From Auanema rhodensis (Eukaryota > Animalia > Nematoda), in assembly GCA_964057225.1 (NCBI GenBank), contig OZ059895.1, forward strand, positions 22,320,001 through 22,384,000: 64,000 bases of DNA, in the 5' to 3' direction. The notes below the pieces were generated by a model. That model searched no databases and was not told the DNA's origin. It was given only the letters and a program-made list of their open reading frames with translations. Positions within the stretch are counted from its first letter, which is position 1. Every line of letters begins with the position of its first letter. Shown here piece by piece: positions 14,401 through 28,500 of this stretch. Both the position numbers and the translations under genes were made by a program.

Positions 14401-17095
14401 TTTATGCTTATTAAGTGTACACGTGATGTGCACTTGGTATGTAACTCGCTTCACGTCAAAGATAAAGGGATGCGGTTTTCAAAATTAGATTCCCCATGTC
14501 CATATTAGTCTAAAAACAAATTTTTATTAATATTGGGGCATGGTAACCATGACTTTGAAATTTACGTGAACTTTAATTTATGCTAATTAAGTGTACACAT
14601 GATGTGCGCTTGGTATGTAACTCGCTTCACGTGAAAGATAAAGAGATGCGGTTTTCAAAATTAGATTCCTCATGTCCATATTAGTCTAAAAACGAATTTT
14701 TATTGATATTGATGCATGGCAACCATGACTTTAAAATTTACGTGAACTTTAATTTATGCTAATTAAGTGTACACATGATGTGCACTTGGTATGTAACTCG
14801 CTTCACGTCAAAGATAAAGAGATGCGGTTTTCAAAATTAGATTCCCCATGTCCATATTAGTCTAAAAACAAATTTTTATTGATATTGGTGGATGGTAACC
14901 ATGACTTTGAAATTTACGTGAACTTTAATTTATGCTAAAAAAGTGTACACATGATGTGCGCTTGGTATGTAACTCGCTTCACGTGAAAGATAAAGAGATG
15001 CGGTTTTCAAAATTAGATTCCTCATGTCCATATTAGTCTAAAAACAAATTTTTGTTGATATTGGTGGATGGTAACCATGACTTTGAAATTTACGTGAACT
15101 TTAATTTATGCTAATTAAGTGTACACGTGATGTGCACTCGGTATGTAACTCGCTTCACGTGAAATATGAAGAGATGCGGTTTCCAAAATTAGATTCCCCA
15201 TGTCCATATTAGTCTAAAAACAAATTTTTATTGATATTGGTGCATGGCAACCATGACTTTAAAATTTACGTGAACTTTAATTTATGCTAATTAAGTGTAC
15301 ACATGATGTGCACTTGGTATGTAACTCGCTTCACGTCAAAGATAAAGAGATGCGGTTTTCAAAATTAGATTCCCCATGTTCATATTAGTCTAAAAACAAA
15401 TTTTTTTTTAATATTGGTGCTTGGTAACCATGACTTTGAAATTTACGTGAACTTTAATTTATGCTAATTAAGTGAACACATGATGTGCACTTGGTATGTA
15501 ACTCGCTTCACGTGCAAGATAGAGAGATGCGGTTTTCAAAATAGATTCCCCATGTCCATATTAGTCTAAAAACGAATTTTTATTGATATTGATTCATGGT
15601 AACCATGACTTTGAAAATTACGTGAACTTTAATTTATGCTTATTAAGTGTACACGTGATGTGCACTTGGTATGTAACTCGCTTCACGTCAAAGATAAAGG
15701 GATGCGGTTTTCAAAATTAGATTCCCCATGTCCATATTAGTCTAAAAACAAATTTTTATTAATATTGGTGCATGGTAACCATGACTTTGAAATTTACGTG
15801 AACTTTAATTTATGCTAATTAAGTGTACACATGATGTGCGCTTGGTATGTAACTCGCTTCACGTGAAAGATAAAGAGATGCGGTTTTCAAAATTAGATTC
15901 CTCATGTCCATATTAGTCTAAAAACGAATTTTTATTGATATTGATGCATGGCAACCATGACTTTAAAATTTACGTGAACTTTAATTTATGCTAATTAAGT
16001 GTACACATGATGTGCACTTGGTATGTAACTCGCTTCACGTCAAAGATAAAGAGATGCGGTTTTCAAAATTAGATTCCCCATGTCCATATTAGTCTAAAAA
16101 CAAATTTTTATTGATATTGGTGCATGGTAACCATGACTTTGAAATTTACGTGAACTTTAATTTATGCTTATTAAGTGTACACATGATGTGCACTTGGTAT
16201 GTAACTCGCTTCACGTGAAATATGAAGAGATGCGGTTTCCAAAATTAGATTCCCCATGTCCATATTAGTCTAAAAACAAATTTTTATTGATATTGGTGCA
16301 TGGCAACCATGACTTTAAAATTTACGTGAACTTTAATTTATGCTAATTAAGTGTACACATGATGTGCACTTGGTATGTAACTCGCTTCACGTCAAAGATA
16401 AAGAGATGCGGTTTTCAAAATTAGATTCCCCATGTTCATATTAGTCTAAAAACAAATTTTTTTTTAATATTGGTGCTTGGTAACCATGACTTTGAAATTT
16501 ACGTGAACTTTAATTTATGCTAATTAAGTGAACACATGATGTGCACTTGGTATGTAACTCGCTTCACGTGCAAGATAGAGAGATGCGGTTTTCAAAATAG
16601 ATTCCCCATGTCCATATTAGTCTAAAAACGAATTTTTATTGATATTGATTCATGGTAACCATGACTTTGAAAATTACGTGAACTTTAATTTATGCTTATT
16701 AAGTGTACACATGATGTGCACTTGGTATGTAACTCGCTTCACGTGCAAGATAGAGAGATGCGGTTTTCAAAATAGATTCCCCATGTCCATATTAGTCTAA
16801 AAACGAATTTTTATTGATATTGATTCATGGTAACCATGACTTTGAAATTTACGTGAACTTTAATTTATGCTAATTAAGTGTACACATGATGTGCGCTTGG
16901 TATGTAACTCGCTTCACGTGAAAGATAAAGAGATGCGGTTTTCAAAATTAGATTCCTCATGTCCATATTAGTCTAAAAACGAATTTTTATTGATATTGAT
17001 GCATGGCAACCATGACTTTAAAATTTACGTGAACTTTAATTTATGCTAATTAAGTGTACACATGATGTGCACTTGGTATGTAACTCGCTTCACGT
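11430..17095 (+). repeat. Local 16-mer tandem duplication, period 2814 bp (2 copies)
   Basis: Private variants GATACCCC (~11500/~14314), GGGGCATGG (~11721/~14535) and CTAAAAAAGT (12121/14935). Spacing 2814 = 16x176 minus 4 deletions plus 2 T insertions. Confidence 0.92.
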
Positions 17096-20000
17096 CAAAG
17101 ATAAAGAGATGCGGTTTTCAAAATTAGATTCCCCATGTCCATATTAGTCTAAAAACAAATTTTTATTGATATTGGTGCATGGTAACCATGACTTTGAAAT
17201 TTACGTGAACTTTAATTTATGCTTATTAAGTGTACACATGATGTGCACTTGGTATGTAACTCGCTTCACGTGAAAGATGAAGAGATGCGGTTTTCAAAAT
17301 TAGATTCCTCATGTCCATATTAGTCTAGAAACAAATTTTTGTTGATATTGGTGGATGGTAACCATGACTTTGAAATTTACGTGAACTTTAATTTATGCTA
17401 ATTAAGTGTACACATGATGTGCACTTGGTATGTAACTCGCTTCACGTCAAAGATAAAGAGATGCGGTTTTCAAAATTAGATTCCCCATGACCATATTAGT
17501 CTAGAAACAAATTTTTGTTGATATTGGTGGATGGTAACCATGACTTTGAAATTTACGTGAACTTTAATTTATGCTAATTAAGTGTACACATGATGTGCAC
17601 TTGGTATGTAACTCGCTTCACGTCAAAGATAAAGAGATGCGGTTTTCAAAATTAGATTCCCCATGACCATATTAGTCTAAAAACGAATTTTTATCGATAT
17701 TGATGCATGGTAACCATGACTTTGAAATTTACGTGAACTTTAATTTATGCTTATTAAGTGTACACGTGATGTGCACTTGGTATGTAACTCGCTTCACGTG
17801 AAAGATGAAGAGATGCGGTTTTCAAAATTAGATTCCTCATGTCCATATTAGTCTACAAACGAATTTTTATTGATATTGATGCATGGTAACCATGACTTTG
17901 AAATTTACGTGAACTTTTATTTATGCTAATATAAGTGTACACATGATGTGCACTTGGTATGTAACTCGCTTCACGTCAAAGATAAAGAGATGCGGTTTTC
18001 AAAATTAGATTCCTCATGTCCATATTAGTCTAAAAACGAATTTTTATTGATATTGATGCATGGCAACCATGACTTTAAAATTTACGTGAACTTTAATTTA
18101 TGCTAATTAAGTGTACACATGATGTGCGCTTGGTATGTAACTCGCTTCACGTGAAAGATAAAGAGATGCGGTTTTCAAAATTAGATTCCCCATGACCATA
18201 TTAGTCTAAAAACAAATTTTTATTGATATTGGTGCATGGCAACCATGACTTTAAAATTTACGTGAACTTTAATTTATGCTAATTAAGTGTACACATGATG
18301 TGCGCTTGGTATGTAACTCGCTTCACGTGAAAGATAAAGAGATGCGGTTTTCAAAATTAGATTCCCCATGTCCATATTAGTCTAAAAACAAATTTTTATT
18401 AATATTGGTGCATGGTAACCATGACTTTGAAATTTACGTGAACTTTAATTTATGCTAATTAAGTGAACACATGATGTGCACTTGGTATGTAACTCGCTTC
18501 ACGTGCAAGATAGAGAGATGCGGTTTTCAAAATAGATTCCCCATGTCCATATTAGTCTAAAAACGAATTTTTATTGATATTGATTCATGGTAACCATGAC
18601 TTTGAAAATTACGTGAACTTTAATTTATGCTTATTAAGTGTACACGTGATGTGCACTTGGTATGTAACTCGCTTCACGTCAAAGATAAAGGGATGCGGTT
18701 TTCAAAATTAGATTCCCCATGTCCATATTAGTCTAAAAACAAATTTTTATTAATATTGGTGCATGGTAACCATGACTTTGAAATTTACGTGAACTTTAAT
18801 TTATGCTAATTAAGTGTACACATGATGTGCGCTTGGTATGTAACTCGCTTCACGTGAAAGATAAAGAGATGCGGTTTTCAAAATTAGATTCCTCATGTCC
18901 ATATTAGTCTAAAAACGAATTTTTATTGATATTGATGCATGGCAACCATGACTTTAAAATTTACGTGAACTTTAATTTATGCTAATTAAGTGTACACATG
19001 ATGTGCACTTGGTATGTAACTCGCTTCACGTCAAAGATAAAGAGATGCGGTTTTCAAAATTAGATTCCCCATGTCCATATTAGTCTAAAAACAAATTTTT
19101 ATTGATATTGGTGCATGGTAACCATGACTTTGAAATTTACGTGAACTTTAATTTATGCTTATTAAGTGTACACATGATGTGCACTTGGTATGTAACTCGC
19201 TTCACGTGAAAGATGAAGAGATGCGGTTTTCAAAATTAGATTCCTCATGTCCATATTAGTCTAGAAACAAATTTTTGTTGATATTGGTGGATGGTAACCA
19301 TGACTTTGAAATTTACGTGAACTTTAATTTATGCTAATTAAGTGTACACATGATGTGCACTTGGTATGTAACTCGCTTCACGTCAAAGATAAAGAGATGC
19401 GGTTTTCAAAATTAGATTCCCCATGACCATATTAGTCTAGAAACAAATTTTTGTTGATATTGGTGGATGGTAACCATGACTTTGAAATTTACGTGAACTT
19501 TAATTTATGCTAATTAAGTGTACACATGATGTGCACTTGGTATGTAACTCGCTTCACGTCAAAGATAAAGAGATGCGGTTTTCAAAATTAGATTCCCCAT
19601 GACCATATTAGTCTAAAAACGAATTTTTATCGATATTGATGCATGGTAACCATGACTTTGAAATTTACGTGAACTTTAATTTATGCTTATTAAGTGTACA
19701 CGTGATGTGCACTTGGTATGTAACTCGCTTCACGTGAAAGATGAAGAGATGCGGTTTTCAAAATTAGATTCCTCATGTCCATATTAGTCTACAAACGAAT
19801 TTTTATTGATATTGATGCATGGTAACCATGACTTTGAAATTTACGTGAACTTTTATTTATGCTAATATAAGTGTACACATGATGTGCACTTGGTATGTAA
19901 CTCGCTTCACGTCAAAGATAAAGAGATGCGGTTTTCAAAATTAGATTCCTCATGTCCATATTAGTCTAAAAACGAATTTTTATTGATATTGATGCATGGC

Positions 20001-20300
20001 AACCATGACTTTAAAATTTACGTGAACTTTAATTTATGCTAATTAAGTGTACACATGATGTGCGCTTGGTATGTAACTCGCTTCACGTGAAAGATAAAGA
20101 GATGCGGTTTTCAAAATTAGATTCCCCATGACCATATTAGTCTAAAAACAAATTTTTATTGATATTGGTGCATGGCAACCATGACTTTAAAATTTACGTG
20201 AACTTTAATTTATGCTAATTAAGTGTGCACATGATGTGCGCTTGGTATGTAACTCGCTTCACGTGAAAGATAAAGAGATGCGGTTTTCAAAATTAGATTC
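16826..20300 (+). repeat. Local 11-mer tandem duplication, period 1936 bp (~1.8 copies)
   Basis: ATCGAT (C at 17695 and 19631), CTACAAAC (~17853/~19789) and the 1-bp insertion CTAATATAAG (~17926/~19862); spacing 1936 = 11x176. Confidence 0.9.
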
Positions 20301-21597
20301 CTCATGTCCATATTAGTCTAAAAACGAATTTTTATTGATATTGATGCATGGTAACCATGACTTTGAAATTTACGTGAACTTTAATTTATGCTTATTAAGT
20401 GTACACGTGATGTGCACTTGGTATGTAACTTGCTTCACGTGAAAGATAAAGGGATGCGGTTTTCAAAATTAGATTCCCCATGTCCATATTAGTCTAAAAA
20501 CAAATTTTTGTTGATATTGGTGGATGGTAACCATGACTTTGAAATTTACGTGAACTTTAATTTATGCTAATTAAGTGTACACGTGATGTGCACTCGGTAT
20601 GTAACTCGCTTCACGTGAAATATGAAGAGATGCGGTTTTCAAAATTAGATTCCCCATGTCCATTTTAGTCTAAAAACAAATTTTTATTGATATTGGTGCA
20701 TGGTAACCATGACTTTGAAATTTACGTGAACTTTAATTTATGCTTATTAAGTGTACACGTGATGTGCACTTGGTATGTAACTCGCTTCACGTGAAAGATG
20801 AAGAGATGCGGTTTTCAAAATTAGATTCCTCATGTCCATATTAGTCTAAAAACGAATTTTTATTGATATTGATGCATGGTAACCATGACTTTGAAATTTA
20901 CGTGAACTTTAATTTATGCTAATTAAGTGTACACATGATGTGCACTTGGTATGTAACTCGCTTCACGTGAAAGATGAAGAGATGCGGTTTTCAAAATTAG
21001 ATTCCTCATGTCCATATTAGTCTAGAAACAAATTTTTGTTGATATTGGTGGATGGTAACCATGACTTTGAAATTTACGTGAACTTTAATTTATGCTAATT
21101 AAGTGTACACATGATGTGCACTTGGTATGTAACTCGCTTCACGTCAAAGATAAAGAGATGCGGTTTTCAAAATTAGATTCCCCATGACCATATTAGTCTA
21201 AAAACAAATTTTTATTAATATTGGTGCATGGTAACCATGACTTTGAAATTTACGTGAACTTTAATTTATGCTAATTAAGTGTACACATGATGTGCACTTG
21301 GTATGTAACTCGCTTCACGTGAAAGATGAAGAGATGCGGTTTTCAAAATTAGATTCCTCATGTCCATATTAGTCTAGAAACAAATTTTTATTGATATTGG
21401 TGCATGGCAACCATGACTTTAAAATTTACGTGAACTTTAATTTATGCTAATTAAGTGTACACATGATGTGCACTTGGTATGTAACTCGCTTCACGTCAAA
21501 GATAAAGAGATGCGGTTTTCAAAATTAGATTCCCCATGACCATATTAGTCTAAAAACAAATTTTTATTAATATTGGTGCATGGTAACCATGACTTTG

Positions 21598-22351
21598 AAA
21601 TTTACGTGAACTTTAATTTATGCTAATTAAGTGTACACATGATGTGCGCTTGGTATGTAACTAGCTTCACGTGAAAGATAAAGAGATGCGGTTTTCAAAA
21701 TTAGATTCCCCATTTCCATATTAGTCTAAAAACGAATTTTTGTTGATATTGGTGGATGGTAACCATGACTTTGAAATTTACGTGAACTTTAATTTATGCT
21801 AATTAAGTGTACACGTGATGTGCACTCGGTAAGTAACTCGCTTCACGTGAAATATGAAGAGATGCGGTTTTCAAAATTAGATTCCCCATGTCCATATTAG
21901 TCTAAAAACAAATTTTTATTGATATTAGTGCATGGCAACCATGACTTTAAAATTTACGTGAACTTTAATTTATGCTAATTAAGTGTACACATGATGTGCG
22001 CTTGGTATGTAACTAGCTTCACGTGAAAGATAAAGAGATGCGGTTTTCAAAATTAGATTCCCCATTTCCATATTAGTCTAAAAACGAATTTTTGTTGATA
22101 TTGGTGGATGGTAACCATGACTTTGAAATTTACGTGAACTTTAATTTATGCTAATTAAGTGTACACGTGATGTGCACTCGGTAAGTAACTCGCTTCACGT
22201 GAAATATGAAGAGATGCGGTTTTCAAAATTAGATTCCCCATGTCCATATTAGTCTAAAAACAAATTTTTATTGATATTAGTGCATGGCAACCATGACTTT
22301 AAAATTTACGTGAACTTTAATTTATGCTAATTAAGTGTACACATGATGTGC
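21598..22351 (+). repeat. Local dimer tandem duplication, period 352 bp (2 copies)
   Basis: CTCGGTAAGT (~21826/~22178) and ATTAGTGCAT (~21924/~22276) were seen only here, 352 bp apart. Confidence 0.92.
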
Positions 22352-23267
22352 ACTTGGTATGTAACTCGCTTCACGTCAAAGATAAAGAGATGCGGTTTTC
22401 AAAATTAGATTCCCCATGTTCATATTAGTCTAAAAACAAATTTTTATTAATATTGGTGCTTGGTAACCACGACTTTGAAATTTACGTGAACTTTAATTTA
22501 TGCTAATTAAGTGAACACATGATGTGCACTTGGTATGTAACTCGCTTCACGTGAAAGATAAAGAGATGTGGTTTTCAAAATAGATTCCCCATGTCCATAT
22601 TAGTCTAAACACGAATTTTTATTGATATTGATGCATGGTAACCATGACTTTGAAATTTACGTGAACTTTAATTTATGCTTATTAAGTGAACACATGATGT
22701 GCACTTGGTATGTAACTCGCTTCACGTGAAAGATAAAGGGATGCGGTTTTCAAAATTAGATTCCCCATTTCCATATTAGTCTAAAAACAATATTTTATTG
22801 ATATTGGTGCATGGCAACCATGACTTTAAAATTTACGTGAACTTTAATTTATGCTAATTGAGTGTACACATGATGTGCACTTGGTATGTAACTCGCTTCA
22901 CGTCAAAGATAAAGAGATGCGGTTTTCAAAATTAGATTCCCCATGTCCATATTAGTCTAAAAACAAATTTTTATTAATATTGGTGCATGGTAACCATGAC
23001 TTTGAAATTTACGTGAACTTTAATTTATGCTAATTAAGTGTACACATGATGTGCGCTTGGTATGTAACTCGCTTCACGTGAAAGATAAAGAGATGCGGTT
23101 TTCAAAATTAGATTCCTCATGTCCATACTAGTCTAAAAACGAATTTTTATTGATATTGATGCATGGTAACCATGACTTTGAAATTTACGTGAACTTTAAT
23201 TTATGCTTATTAAGTGTACACGTGATGTGCACTTGGTATGTAACTTGCTTCACGTGAAAGATAAAGG

Positions 23268-25543
23268 GATGCGGTTTTCAAAATTAGATTCCCCATGTCC
23301 ATATTAGTCTAAAAACAAATTTTTATTAATATTGGTGCATGGTAACCATGACTTTGAAATTTACGTGAACTTTAATTTATGCTAATTAAGTGTACACATG
23401 ATGTGCGCTTGGTATGTAACTCGCTTCACGTCAAAGATAAAGAGATGCGGTTTTCAAAATTAGATTCCCCATTTCCATATTAGTCTAAAAACAATATTTT
23501 ATTGATATTGGTGCATGGCAACCATGACTTTAAAATTTACGTGAACTTTAATTTATGCTAATTAAGTGTACACATGATGTGCACTTGGTATGTAACTCGC
23601 TTCACGTCAAAGATAAAGAGATGCGGTTTTCAAAATTAGATTCCCCATGTCCATATTAGTCTAAAAACAAATTTTTATTAATATTGGTGCATGGTAACCA
23701 TGACTTTGAAATTTACGTGAACTTTAATTTATGCTAATTAAGTGTACACATGATGTGCGCTTGGTATGTAACTCGCTTCACGTGAAAGATAAAGAGATGC
23801 GGTTTTCAAAATTAGATTCCTCATGTCCATACTAGTCTAAAAACGAATTTTTATTGATATTGATGCATGGTAACCATGACTTTGAAATTTACGTGAACTT
23901 TAATTTATGTTTATTAAGTGTACACGTGATGTGCACTTGGTATGTAACTTGCTTCACGTGAAAGATAAAGGGATGCGGTTTTCAAAATTAGATTCCCCAT
24001 GTCCATATTAGTCTAAAAACAAATTTTTGTTGATATTGGTGGATGGTAACCATGACTTTGTAATTTACGTGAACTTTAATTTATGCTAATTAAGTGTACA
24101 CGTGATGTGCACTTGGTATGTAACTCGCTTCACGTGAAAGATAAAGAGATGCGGTTTTCAAAATTAGATTCCTCATGTCCATATTAGTCTAAAAACGAAT
24201 TTTTATTGATATTGATGCATGGCAACCATGACTTTAAAATTTACGTGAACTTTAATTTATGCTAATTAAGTGTACACATGATGTGCACTTGGTATGTAAC
24301 TCGCTTCACGTCAAAGATAAAGAGATGCGGTTTTCAAAATTAGATTCCCCATGTCCATATTAGTCTAAAAACAAATTTTTATTAATATTGGTGCATGGTA
24401 ACCATGACTTTGAAATTTACGTGAACTTTAATTTATGCTAATTAAGTGTACACATGATGTGCGCTTGGTATGTAACTCGCTTCACGTCAAAGATAAAGAG
24501 ATGCGGTTTTCAAAATTAGATTCCCCATTTCCATATTAGTCTAAAAACAATATTTTATTGATATTGGTGCATGGCAACCATGACTTTAAAATTTACGTGA
24601 ACTTTAATTTATGCTAATTAAGTGTACACATGATGTGCACTTGGTATGTAACTCGCTTCACGTCAAAGATAAAGAGATGCGGTTTTCAAAATTAGATTCC
24701 CCATGTCCATATTAGTCTAAAAACAAATTTTTATTAATATTGGTGCATGGTAACCATGACTTTGAAATTTACGTGAACTTTAATTTATGCTAATTAAGTG
24801 TACACATGATGTGCGCTTGGTATGTAACTCGCTTCACGTGAAAGATAAAGAGATGCGGTTTTCAAAATTAGATTCCTCATGTCCATACTAGTCTAAAAAC
24901 GAATTTTTATTGATATTGATGCATGGTAACCATGACTTTGAAATTTACGTGAACTTTAATTTATGTTTATTAAGTGTACACGTGATGTGCACTTGGTATG
25001 TAACTTGCTTCACGTGAAAGATAAAGGGATGCGGTTTTCAAAATTAGATTCCCCATGTCCATATTAGTCTAAAAACAAATTTTTGTTGATATTGGTGGAT
25101 GGTAACCATGACTTTGTAATTTACGTGAACTTTAATTTATGCTAATTAAGTGTACACGTGATGTGCACTTGGTATGTAACTCGCTTCACGTGAAAGATAA
25201 AGAGATGCGGTTTTCAAAATTAGATTCCTCATGTCCATATTAGTCTAAAAACGAATTTTTATTGATATTGATGCATGGCAACCATGACTTTAAAATTTAC
25301 GTGAACTTTAATTTATGCTAATTAAGTGTACACATGATGTGCACTTGGTATGTAACTCGCTTCACGTCAAAGATAAAGAGATGCGGTTTTCAAAATTAGA
25401 TTCCCCATGTCCATATTAGTCTAAAAACAAATTTTTATTAATATTGGTGCATGGTAACCATGACTTTGAAATTTACGTGAACTTTAATTTATGCTAATTA
25501 AGTGTACACATGATGTGCGCTTGGTATGTAACTCGCTTCACGT
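23268..25543 (+). repeat. Local 6-mer tandem duplication, period 1056 bp (2 copies)
   Basis: TTATGTTTATT (T at 23910 and 24966); same order of monomer types; spacing 6x176. Confidence 0.88.
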
Positions 25544-28500
25544 GAAAGATAAAGAGATGCGGTTTTCAAAATTAGATTCCTCATGTCCATACTAGTCTAA
25601 AAACGAATTTTTATTGATATTGATGCATGGTAACCATGACTTTGAAATTTACGTGAACTTTAATTTATGCTTATTAAGTGTACACGTGATGTGCACTTGG
25701 TATGTAACTTGCTTCACGTGAAAGATAAAGGGATGCGGTTTTCAAAATTAGATTCCCCATGTCCATATTAGTCTAAAAACAAATTTTTGTTGATATTGGT
25801 GTATGGTAACCATGACTTTGTAATTTACGTGAACTTTAATTTATGCTAATTAAGTGTACACGTGATGTGCACTTGGTATGTAACTCGCTTCACGTGAAAG
25901 ATAAAGAGATGCGGTTTTCAAAATTAGATTTCTCATGTCCATATTAGTCTAAAAACGAATTTTTATTGATATTGATGCATGGTAACCATGACTTTGAAAT
26001 TTACGTGAACTTTAATTTATGCTTATTAAGTGTACACATGATGTGCGCTTGGTATGTAACTCGCTTCACGTGAAAGATAAAGAGATGCGGTTTTCAAAAT
26101 TAGATTGCTCATGTCCATACTAGTCTAAAAACGATTTTTTATTGATATTGATGCATGGTAACCATGACTTTGAAATTTACGTGAACTTTAATTTATGCTT
26201 ATTAAGTGTACACGTGATGTGCACTTGGTATGTAACTCGCTTCACGTGAAAGATAAAGAGATGCGGTTTTCAAAATTAGATTCCCCATGTCCATATTAGT
26301 CTAAAAACAAATTTTTATTAATATTGGTGCATGGTAACCATGACTTTGAAATTTACGTGAACTTTAATTTATGCTTATTAAGTGTACACATGATGTGCGC
26401 TTGGTATGTAACTCGCTTCACGTGAAAGATAAAGAGATGCGGTTTTCAAAATTAGATTCCTCATGTCCATACTAGTCTAAAAACGAATTTTTATTGATAT
26501 TGATGCATGGTAACCATGACTTTGAAATTTACGTGAACTTTAATTTATGCTTATTAAGTGTACACGTGATGTGCACTTGGTATGTAACTCGCTTCACGTG
26601 AAAGATAAAGGGATGCGGTTTTCAAAAGTAGATTCCCCATGTCCATATTAGTCTAAAAACAAATTTTTATTAATATTGGTGCATGGTAACCATGACTTTG
26701 AAATTTACGTGAACTTTAATTTATGCTAATTAAGTGTACACATGATGTGCGCTTGGTATGTAACTCGCTTCACGTGAAAGATAAAGAGATGCGGTTTTCA
26801 AAATTAGATTCCCCATTTCCATATTAGTCTAAAAACGAATTTTTATTGATATTGATGCATGGTAACCATGACTTTGAAATTTACGTGAACTTTAATTTAT
26901 GCTTATTAAGTGTACACGTGATGTGCACTTGGTATGTAACTTGCTTCACGTGAAAGATAAAGGGATGCGGTTTTCAAAATTAGATTCCACATGTCCATAT
27001 TAGTCTAAAAACAAATTTTTGTTGATATTGGTGGATGGTAACCATGACTTTGTAATTTACGTGAACTTTAATTTATGCTATTTAAGTGTACACGTGATGT
27101 GCACTTGGTATGTAACTCGCTTCACGTGAAAGATAAAGAGATGCGGTTTTCAAAATTAGATTCCTCATGTCCATATCAGTCTAAAAACGAATTTTTATTG
27201 ATATTGATGCATGGTAACCATGACTTTGAAATTTACGTGAACTTTAATTTATGCTAATTAAGTGTACACGTGATGTGCACTCGGTATGTAACTCGCTTCA
27301 AGTGAAATATGAAGAGATGCGGTTTTCAAAATTAGATTCCCCATGTCCATATTAGTCTAAAAACAAATTTTTATTGATATTGGTGCTTGGTAACCATGAC
27401 TTTGAAATTTACGTGAACTTTAATTTATGCTAATTAAGTGTACACATGATGTGCGCTTGGTATGTAACTCGCTTCACGTCAAAGATAAAGAGATGCGGTT
27501 TTCAAAATTAGATTCCCCATTTCCATATTAGTCTAAAAACAATATTTTATTGATATTGGTGCATGGCAACCATGACTTTAAAATTTACGTGAACTTTAAT
27601 TTATGCTAATTAAGTGTACACATGATGTGCGCTTGGTATGTAACTCGCTTCACGTGAAAGATAAAGAGATGCGGTTTTCAAAATTAGATTCCTCATGTCC
27701 ATACTAGTCTAAAAACGAATTTTTATTGATATTGATGCATGGTAACCATGACTTTGAAATTTACGTGAACTTTAATTTATGTTTATTAAGTGTACACGTG
27801 ATGTGCACTTGGTATGTAACTTGCTTCACGTGAAAGATAAAGGGATGCGGTTTTCAAAATTAGATTCCCCATGTCCATATTAGTCTAAAAACAAATTTTT
27901 GTTGATATTGGTGGATGGTAACCATGACTTTGTAATTTACGTGAACTTTAATTTATGCTAATTAAGTGTACACGTGATGTGCACTTGGTATGTAACTCGC
28001 TTCACGTGAAAGATAAAGAGATGCGGTTTTCAAAATTAGATTCCTCATGTCCATATTAGTCTAAAAACGAATTTTTATTGATATTGATGCATGGCAACCA
28101 TGACTTTAAAATTTACGTGAACTTTAATTTATGCTAATTAAGTGTACACATGATGTGCACTTGGTATGTAACTCGCTTCACGTCAAAGATAAAGAGATGC
28201 GGTTTTCAAAATTAGATTCCCCATGTCCATATTAGTCTAAAAACAAATTTTTATTAATATTGGTGCATGGTAACCATGACTTTGAAATTTACGTGAACTT
28301 TAATTTATGCTAATTAAGTGTACACATGATGTGCGCTTGGTATGTAACTCGCTTCACGTGAAAGATAAAGAGATGCGGTTTTCAAAATTAGATTCCTCAT
28401 GTCCATACTAGTCTAAAAACGAATTTTTATTGATATTGATGCATGGTAACCATGACTTTGAAATTTACGTGAACTTTAATTTATGCTTATTAAGTGTACA

